DNA from: Candidatus Heimdallarchaeota archaeon
GTDB lineage: Archaea; Asgardarchaeota; Heimdallarchaeia; Heimdallarchaeales; Heimdallarchaeaceae
Reading direction: 5' to 3'
Assembly (NCBI GenBank): GCA_030668875.1
Contig: DAOVER010000003.1
Coordinates: forward strand, 30,001-62,000
DNA length: 32,000 nucleotides
This document shows positions 26,221 through 32,000 of the stretch, in pieces; the first letter of the stretch is position 1; each line of letters begins with the position of its first letter. A program made the translations under genes and the position numbers. The notes beneath the pieces were generated by a model that saw only the letters and a list, made by a program, of their open reading frames with translations, was not told where the DNA came from and did no database searches.

Positions 26221-29109
26221 ATGAAGAAAGTGTCTATTATGCTAAAGAAGAAGAAAACAGAAATGGAATCTGAATTAGTACAAGAAGTAACGCCGTGGCA
26301 CAGTTTTGAGACACAAGAAGTCTTTAAACAATTAGATACAAACGAAAAGGGTCTAAGCAACAATGAAGTTGTTACTAGACTTGAGAAGTTTGGACCCAAT
26401 ATGATCACAATTTCAGAGCGTTTCAAAATACTAAAAATGATTGTGGGGCAGTTTACTAATTTCTTAGTAATGCTGCTTATTGTCGCAGGAACTATCAGTC
26501 TAGTGCTAGGATTAATTGGAGCAGGGGAAGCGGGAACATCCGAAATAATTGATGCAATAGCGATTTTTACTATAGTTGTTATTAATGCGATAATAGGATT
26601 CGTTCAAGATTATAGATCTAATCAAGCATTAGAGAAATTGAAAGAATATTTCGAACAAGATGTAATAGTAGTAAGGGAAGGGAAAGAAAAAGTTGTACAC
26701 AGTAGTGATCTTGTTCCAGGAGATATAATTCGATTAGAGGTTGGAGAAAAAATACCGGCAGATTGTAGATTACTCGAGGCTAACAGCTTCAAAGTAGATG
26801 AAGCAGCATTAACAGGTGAATCATCTTCAGTAACAAAAAACCTTGATATAGTTCCAGTAGAAGCAAGAATTCATGATAGAAAGAACATGATTTATTCAGG
26901 AACAACTTGTGTATATGGAAGAGGAGAAGCAGTTGTTGCAAATACAGGTATGAGAACCGAGATGGGGAGAATAGCTGAATTAACACAAGTGAAAGAGGAG
27001 CTAACCCCATTACAAGAAGCATTAGATAAACTAGGGAAAGTTTTAGGAATTATTATTCTAATACTCTGTGCACTAGTCATGGGAATTGATTGGTTGTGGT
27101 TAGGAGAAAGTTTTCTAGAAAGTTTTGAGACTGCAGTTGCTCTAGCAATTTCAGCAGTTCCAGAAGGATTACCAGCAGCTATTGTCATCACACTTGCAAT
27201 AGGTGTTTCAAAGATGGCAAAGAAAAATACTATCGTCTCAAAATTACCAGCTGTTGAAACACTAGGCTCAGTAGATTATATCTGCAGTGATAAAACAGGT
27301 ACATTAACTCGTAATGAAATGACAGTTAAGGAAATATGGACGATTGATGGACTGTATGAAGTTGAAGGTTCAGGTTATCTGCTAGATGGAGATTTCATTA
27401 AAGATGGAAAGAAAGTTAATCCAATGGAAATACCAACGTTGAAAACAGTGCTACAAACAAGTTATCACTGTAATAATTCAGCTGTTATAAGAGAGGGCGA
27501 CAGAATAAGCATCAAAGGAGACCCAACAGAAGCAGCTATGCTTGTAGCAGCAGAAAAAGGTGGATTTTCAGAAGAAATGTTGTTGAAAATGGAACATGAA
27601 ATATTCTTTGATTCAGATAGAAAAAGAATGACAACAATTCATGATGAAAAAGGAAAGAAATACGCTTTCATGAAAGGAAGTCCTCCAGTTGTTCTTACAA
27701 GATGTAATTCAGCAATGAAGAAAGGCAAAGAAAGCATGATGACTAAAGCTATAGAACAAGAAATAATTAAATCTAATCTTGCTCTTGCAGAAAAAGCACT
27801 AAGAGTATTAGCAGTTGCCTATAGAGAATTACCAAAAAATTATGATAAGACAAAAAACGATGAAATAGAAGATGATATGATATTTCTAGGTCTAGCAGGA
27901 ATGATTGATCCACCAAGACCAGAAGTAAAAGATGCTATAGAAGAATGTAGAATGGCAGGAATTACTACTGTAATGATAACTGGTGATCAAGAAGCAACAG
28001 CAGTTGCAATCGCAAAGGAGGTTGGTCTTATAGAATCAGATAAGCATTTGGTAGTGAGCGGTGAAAAATTCTCTCTTATGACAAATGAAGAATTAATCGA
28101 AAAGATCGAGAATATAAGAGTTTACAGCAGGATGAGTCCAAAAGACAAATATCGCGTAGTAGAAATATTACAAGAAAAAGATCATGTTGTTGCAGTAACA
28201 GGAGATGGTGTCAATGATGCGCCAGCATTAAAGAAAGCAGATATCGGTGTAGCGATGGGAATAACTGGAACTGACGTTTCTAAAGAGGTTGCAGCTATGG
28301 TTATTACAGATGATGCATTCAATACCATTGTCGCAGCTGTAGAAGAAGGTCGTAATATCTTTGAGAACATGAAAAAATTCATTCGTTATCTCTTAAGTTG
28401 TAACTTCGATGAGATTTTTGCAGTCTTAATAATTTATGCAGCATTCCAAGAACTACCGTTCCTACCTCTACAGATACTTTTCTTAAACTTACTAACTGAT
28501 GCTCTGCCAGCTCTATCTTTGTCTTTTGATCCTTATGATCCTGAATTGATGAAGCGACCACCACGAGGCAAGAAGTCCTCATTTGTAATGGATATGTACG
28601 CCTTCGCAAGTTTCGCTGGTGTTATAGCTCTTATCGGTTCCCTTGGTATTTTCCTTGTCGGATACCTAGGTATAGGTGACCGAGTTATTACTAATTGGGC
28701 ACATTCGAACAATCAATATTTAGGAGCAGAACAATTCCATGAAGCTAAAGTTGCTTATTCTCAAACACTAGCTTTTGTTGCTACTCTTTCCTTTGAATTG
28801 TGGTTTGTGTTTATAGCTCGAAACGACAATGCAACGTCTTTCCTCAAATCTAAACCTTTTAAGAACAAATACCTGATTGGCGCTGTTGTGCTTTCATGGA
28901 TATTACTACTTGGCGTAGTTTATATACCACTATTCCAAGCAACGTTTACTGGATTTAAGGAAGTTCTCCCTTACTACCTAATTAGTTTGGAAGATTGGGC
29001 TTATATTATAGGTTTCACTCTTGGTTTGTGTATCTTGTTTGAAATCTTTAGATATGCTCTGAGAACCGAACGTATGGCTGGTTTTGCCAAAATGGTTGGA
29101 ATGCATTAA
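26221..29109 (+). CDS. P-type ATPase, type IIA (SERCA/PMR1-like Ca2+ pump)
   Basis: TGES, PEGL, CSDKTGTLT, KGSP, MIDPPR, MITGD, GDGVNDAPALKKADIG, YLLSCNFDE and QILFLNLLTDALPA. Confidence 0.92.
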   Translation: MKKVSIMLKKKKTEMESELVQEVTPWHSFETQEVFKQLDTNEKGLSNNEVVTRLEKFGPNMITISERFKILKMIVGQFTNFLVMLLIVAGTISLVLGLIGAGEAGTSEIIDAIAIFTIVVINAIIGFVQDYRSNQALEKLKEYFEQDVIVVREGKEKVVHSSDLVPGDIIRLEVGEKIPADCRLLEANSFKVDEAALTGESSSVTKNLDIVPVEARIHDRKNMIYSGTTCVYGRGEAVVANTGMRTEMGRIAELTQVKEELTPLQEALDKLGKVLGIIILILCALVMGIDWLWLGESFLESFETAVALAISAVPEGLPAAIVITLAIGVSKMAKKNTIVSKLPAVETLGSVDYICSDKTGTLTRNEMTVKEIWTIDGLYEVEGSGYLLDGDFIKDGKKVNPMEIPTLKTVLQTSYHCNNSAVIREGDRISIKGDPTEAAMLVAAEKGGFSEEMLLKMEHEIFFDSDRKRMTTIHDEKGKKYAFMKGSPPVVLTRCNSAMKKGKESMMTKAIEQEIIKSNLALAEKALRVLAVAYRELPKNYDKTKNDEIEDDMIFLGLAGMIDPPRPEVKDAIEECRMAGITTVMITGDQEATAVAIAKEVGLIESDKHLVVSGEKFSLMTNEELIEKIENIRVYSRMSPKDKYRVVEILQEKDHVVAVTGDGVNDAPALKKADIGVAMGITGTDVSKEVAAMVITDDAFNTIVAAVEEGRNIFENMKKFIRYLLSCNFDEIFAVLIIYAAFQELPFLPLQILFLNLLTDALPALSLSFDPYDPELMKRPPRGKKSSFVMDMYAFASFAGVIALIGSLGIFLVGYLGIGDRVITNWAHSNNQYLGAEQFHEAKVAYSQTLAFVATLSFELWFVFIARNDNATSFLKSKPFKNKYLIGAVVLSWILLLGVVYIPLFQATFTGFKEVLPYYLISLEDWAYIIGFTLGLCILFEIFRYALRTERMAGFAKMVGMH

Positions 29110-29205
29110 ACCTCCCTCTCTTCTTTTTTTATTTTTTTTAATAACTTGCATAATGCTTATTAATTCCCATACTGAAATTTGTTCAAAATGGTAAAGGTAT
29201 TTTAA

Positions 29206-31245
29206 ATGAAGTTAGAAGAAGGTAAGGTTTGCAGCAAAATGGGAATAGCAGTTATAATCAGCCTAGCTATACTTTCTTCCTCATTACTGAACTCTGCTCA
29301 AGTTGATATTTATGAAGATCATACTGTCATATTAAATGCCATAACTGATGGTATATACATTGATGATGACTTAGATTTTGGTCCTACTGGATATAATTTC
29401 AATGGTTCCGGAACAACAGGAGATCCATATAGGATTGAAGATTTAACTATTGATACGGAGAATTCCATAGGAATTTTCATTGCTGATGTTAGTGTCTACT
29501 TTGTTATACAAAACTGTTGGATTGATGCTTACGATGTAGGTATTTATATACAAAATGTGCCCAATGGAAGAGCTAATCTCTACAATAACATTTGTAACCA
29601 TATTAAAGGTGGGCATGGGATGATAATAAGCAATGTCGAAAATATTACAATTCAAGAAAATAGTTTCATAAATAATTACTTTGGTCTACATCTGTATGAT
29701 ACTCCAAATAGTAGAATTCTAAACAACTCGATTGAATTCAACACAGAGGGCATATCTATAGATTTAGGCGTAAATTTAATCATTGCTAATAATTCAATAA
29801 TATATGGTACAAATACGGGAATTTCAATCCGTGATTCAAATTACACTGTTTTTGAAAACAACGAGATTGAAAATATTGATGGATATGGTGTTATAATAGA
29901 TAATTGTGATTATGCGAACTATAGCAATAATGTGATAAATGATAATTGGGTTGGAATACAAGGATATTCAGTCAGACACCATGTTTTTACTGATAACTTC
30001 ATTTACCTAAATGATTACTATGGAATAATAATATATTATTTAGGATATACAGGAGTTGAACCAAGCGCAAATAATGTTTTTCATCACAATATTTTCATAA
30101 ATAATATAAATGATATTCCACCCTGGTTCAACGTAGAATTTCAAGCATATGATACTTCAATAAATAGTCTCTGGTATGATGAAGCAACATTAGAAGGTAA
30201 TTACTGGTCGGAATATAATGGGTCTTTACCTTATTACATAATTGCTGGAAGCTATACATTAGATCTGTATCCGTTAAATGGAACAGATACAGATGGTGAC
30301 AATCTAGATGATTTACAAGAAGAGTACGTCTATTTCACAGATTTATATGATAACGACACTGATAGTGATGGGCTAGATGACTTTGAAGAGATATTTGTTT
30401 ATGATACAAATCCAAACAATTTTGATAGCGATTATGATGGACTAGCTGACGGTGAAGAGATTTTAATATACAATACTAATGCTCTAAATACAGATACCGA
30501 CGCAGATGGTTTAAATGATTATAATGAAGTTGTAGTGTATCTGACTAATCCTCTAGATGCTGATTCTGATGATGATTTGATGCCTGACGGTTGGGAGGTA
30601 TCCCATTCTCTTAATCCTCTTGTCGATGATGCTGGAGACGATCTTGATGATGATGGGCTTGTCAATCTAGACGAATTTGAGTATTATACAAATACTAATT
30701 TAAACGATACTGATTCAGATGGTCTTTTTGATGGGGAAGAGGTTCATACTTACCTAACCAATCCAAAAGATTCAGATTCTGACGATGACAAATTAAACGA
30801 CGGTGATGAAGTAAATATCTACTTAACTGACCCAGCTGATTATGATTCTGACGATGACAAATTAAACGACGGTGCAGAAATAAATCAATACAATACAGAC
30901 CCTCTAGATGCTGATTCTGACGATGATTTGATGCCCGACGGTTGGGAGGTATCCCATTCTCTTGATCCTCTTGTCGATGATGCTGCAGGTGATCCTGACG
31001 AGGATGAATTGTCTAATCTTGAGGAATATGAAGAAGGTACAAATCCACATGATCCAGATAGCGATGGAGATACTTATTACGATGGTGAAGAAGTTAGAAA
31101 AGGTAGAGATCCTTTGGATCCTGAATCTCATCCTTTAGCTGATGATATTCGCAACCAAATTATTGGTGGTTCAGTATTTGGTGTGCTATTTATCGGTGGT
31201 CTTACAATCTATATTCTGATTAAAAAGAGGATTATTAGCTTCTAA
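29206..31245 (+). CDS. Membrane-anchored surface protein: beta-helix (NosD-like) domain plus acidic DxDxDGL Ca2+-binding (thrombospondin type-3-like) repeats
   Basis: Signal-like N-terminus, PbH1 coils, about 14 D(T/S)DxDGLxDxxE units, and a C-terminal TM helix plus KKR. Confidence 0.85.
   Translation: MKLEEGKVCSKMGIAVIISLAILSSSLLNSAQVDIYEDHTVILNAITDGIYIDDDLDFGPTGYNFNGSGTTGDPYRIEDLTIDTENSIGIFIADVSVYFVIQNCWIDAYDVGIYIQNVPNGRANLYNNICNHIKGGHGMIISNVENITIQENSFINNYFGLHLYDTPNSRILNNSIEFNTEGISIDLGVNLIIANNSIIYGTNTGISIRDSNYTVFENNEIENIDGYGVIIDNCDYANYSNNVINDNWVGIQGYSVRHHVFTDNFIYLNDYYGIIIYYLGYTGVEPSANNVFHHNIFINNINDIPPWFNVEFQAYDTSINSLWYDEATLEGNYWSEYNGSLPYYIIAGSYTLDLYPLNGTDTDGDNLDDLQEEYVYFTDLYDNDTDSDGLDDFEEIFVYDTNPNNFDSDYDGLADGEEILIYNTNALNTDTDADGLNDYNEVVVYLTNPLDADSDDDLMPDGWEVSHSLNPLVDDAGDDLDDDGLVNLDEFEYYTNTNLNDTDSDGLFDGEEVHTYLTNPKDSDSDDDKLNDGDEVNIYLTDPADYDSDDDKLNDGAEINQYNTDPLDADSDDDLMPDGWEVSHSLDPLVDDAAGDPDEDELSNLEEYEEGTNPHDPDSDGDTYYDGEEVRKGRDPLDPESHPLADDIRNQIIGGSVFGVLFIGGLTIYILIKKRIISF
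30550..30985 (+). repeat. Near-identical intragenic DNA duplications
   Basis: 85-bp copies at 30550-30634 and 30901-30985 (3 differences); identical 31-bp copies at 30775-30805 and 30844-30874. Confidence 0.9.
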
Positions 31246-31288
31246 AATTGTACGAAAATTTTATGAGGTTTAAATAGTCTTTACTCAT

Positions 31289-31455
31289 AGTTTGTAGTAG
31301 CGTTCCTTGTTGGGTAGCTTACACGAAATGGAAAAAAGCGAAACTGTAACTCATTAGCGTGCTAATGACGGGCAGTGTAGGAGAGACCGTGGCGGTCCCA
31401 TTCAGTCGTCTGTAATAAACAACTGATAAAGTTGGTTGTACAAAACTAGCATGCC
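31289..31455 (+). ncRNA. Candidate stand-alone structured ncRNA between convergent genes
   Basis: TTTAAATA box at 31269-31276, about 45% GC, three hairpins, end-pairing and a downstream T-tract. Confidence 0.3.
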
Positions 31456-31491
31456 ATAAGAATTAAGAGGTAATCTCTCTTCTTTTTCTTA

Positions 31492-32000
31492 CTAGATACC
31501 TAATCTCATGTAAATCTTACTTATCAAATTTTGAAAAGAATTATCTACATTTTGTCCTGATAGTGCTGATGTTTCTATGTAATCTACTCTTAATCCTCCC
31601 CATTGGGATAAAGTTTCAGCATAAGCCATTGCTGATAGTTTGTCAACTTGCACCTCTGCTGGAGTAGTTGCTCTTAGATCTGATTTATTTCCTACTATCA
31701 TCATAGGAACAAGTTTGTGATTGTTGTATTTTATCAGTTCGTTTATCCAGTAATCAATGTTGGTAAACGTGTTTGGTCTGGTTATATCAAATACGACTAA
31801 TGCTCCATAAGTACCTGCATAATAAGCTCCTCGTACTTCTGAAAACCTTGGCTGTCCAGCTAAATCCCACAATTGTAAATTAATTACATAATCTTCAAAA
31901 GATACTTGTTTGACAGAAAAATCAGCTCCTATTGTCATCAAATAATTTTCTCTAAAACTTTTTCCTATAAAATTCCTTCTCAGACTTGTCTTACCTACAG
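31492..32000 (-). CDS. Rab-like small GTPase (5' end beyond the window)
   Basis: The frame stays open to the window edge: VGKTSLRRNFIGKSFRENYLMTIGADF, WDLAGQ, GNKSD and ETSAL. Confidence 0.9.
   Translation of the reverse strand, partial: VGKTSLRRNFIGKSFRENYLMTIGADFSVKQVSFEDYVINLQLWDLAGQPRFSEVRGAYYAGTYGALVVFDITRPNTFTNIDYWINELIKYNNHKLVPMMIVGNKSDLRATTPAEVQVDKLSAMAYAETLSQWGGLRVDYIETSALSGQNVDNSFQNLISKIYMRLGI

Noticed and set aside
30550-30985. DGR template/variable repeat pair
   Set aside because: Two of the three differences are synonymous T/C changes rather than adenine-specific; both copies are in one ORF and there is no reverse transcriptase in the window.
52-31131. Short overlapping or antisense ORFs in the track (for example 52-579, 2018-2203, 5212-5409, 5656-5982, 6461-6706, 7525-7869, 8375-8701, 12712-12981, 14873-15193, 19807-20031, 22224-22663, 26789-27191, 28182-28609, 30904-31131)
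   Set aside because: They overlap well-supported genes and show no recognisable motifs; treated as shadow ORFs.
31336-31397. Hammerhead ribozyme (GAAAC, CTAATGA), cobalamin riboswitch (ACTGTA, GGAGAGACC) or fluoride riboswitch (GCTAATGAC)
   Set aside because: Only isolated motif fragments are present; hammerhead stem III and the riboswitch 5' cores are absent, and no gene starts downstream on this strand.
1-32000. CRISPR arrays, tRNA/rRNA genes, transposases
   Set aside because: No regularly spaced repeat-spacer units, cloverleaf or rRNA signatures, or transposase motifs were recognised by eye.

Overview
AT-rich (roughly one-third GC) archaeal chromosomal window. By inference it comes from an Asgard archaeon, possibly Heimdallarchaeia, because it carries a eukaryote-like actin-family gene, three Rab/Ras-like small GTPases, a PCI-like winged-helix ORF and membrane-anchored beta-helix surface proteins. 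Most of the window is metabolic: a SerA-like dehydrogenase, PanE, DUF1015, an LLM oxidoreductase, SSB, larE-larC-larB, S8 and S9 peptidases, four PLP enzymes, an Eis-like GNAT, an HGSNAT-like membrane protein, PlsY and a SERCA-type Ca2+ P-type ATPase. The most unusual items are: (1) an actin-related protein with degenerate catalytic residues, a shortened D-loop region, a ~40-aa insertion and an N-terminal Zn-binding extension; (2) an acyl-carrier-protein-like ORF with Lys in place of the phosphopantetheine Ser; (3) a switch-defective GTPase in tandem with a canonical Rab-like one; (4) two GC-enriched, highly foldable intergenic elements (about 21.6-21.95 kb and 31.29-31.45 kb) that I cannot assign to a known RNA class; (5) an orphan serine recombinase; (6) two interrupted genes that the ORF track misrepresents. 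No rRNA, tRNA, CRISPR array or transposase was recognised. All family assignments come from motif recognition by eye, not from database searches.
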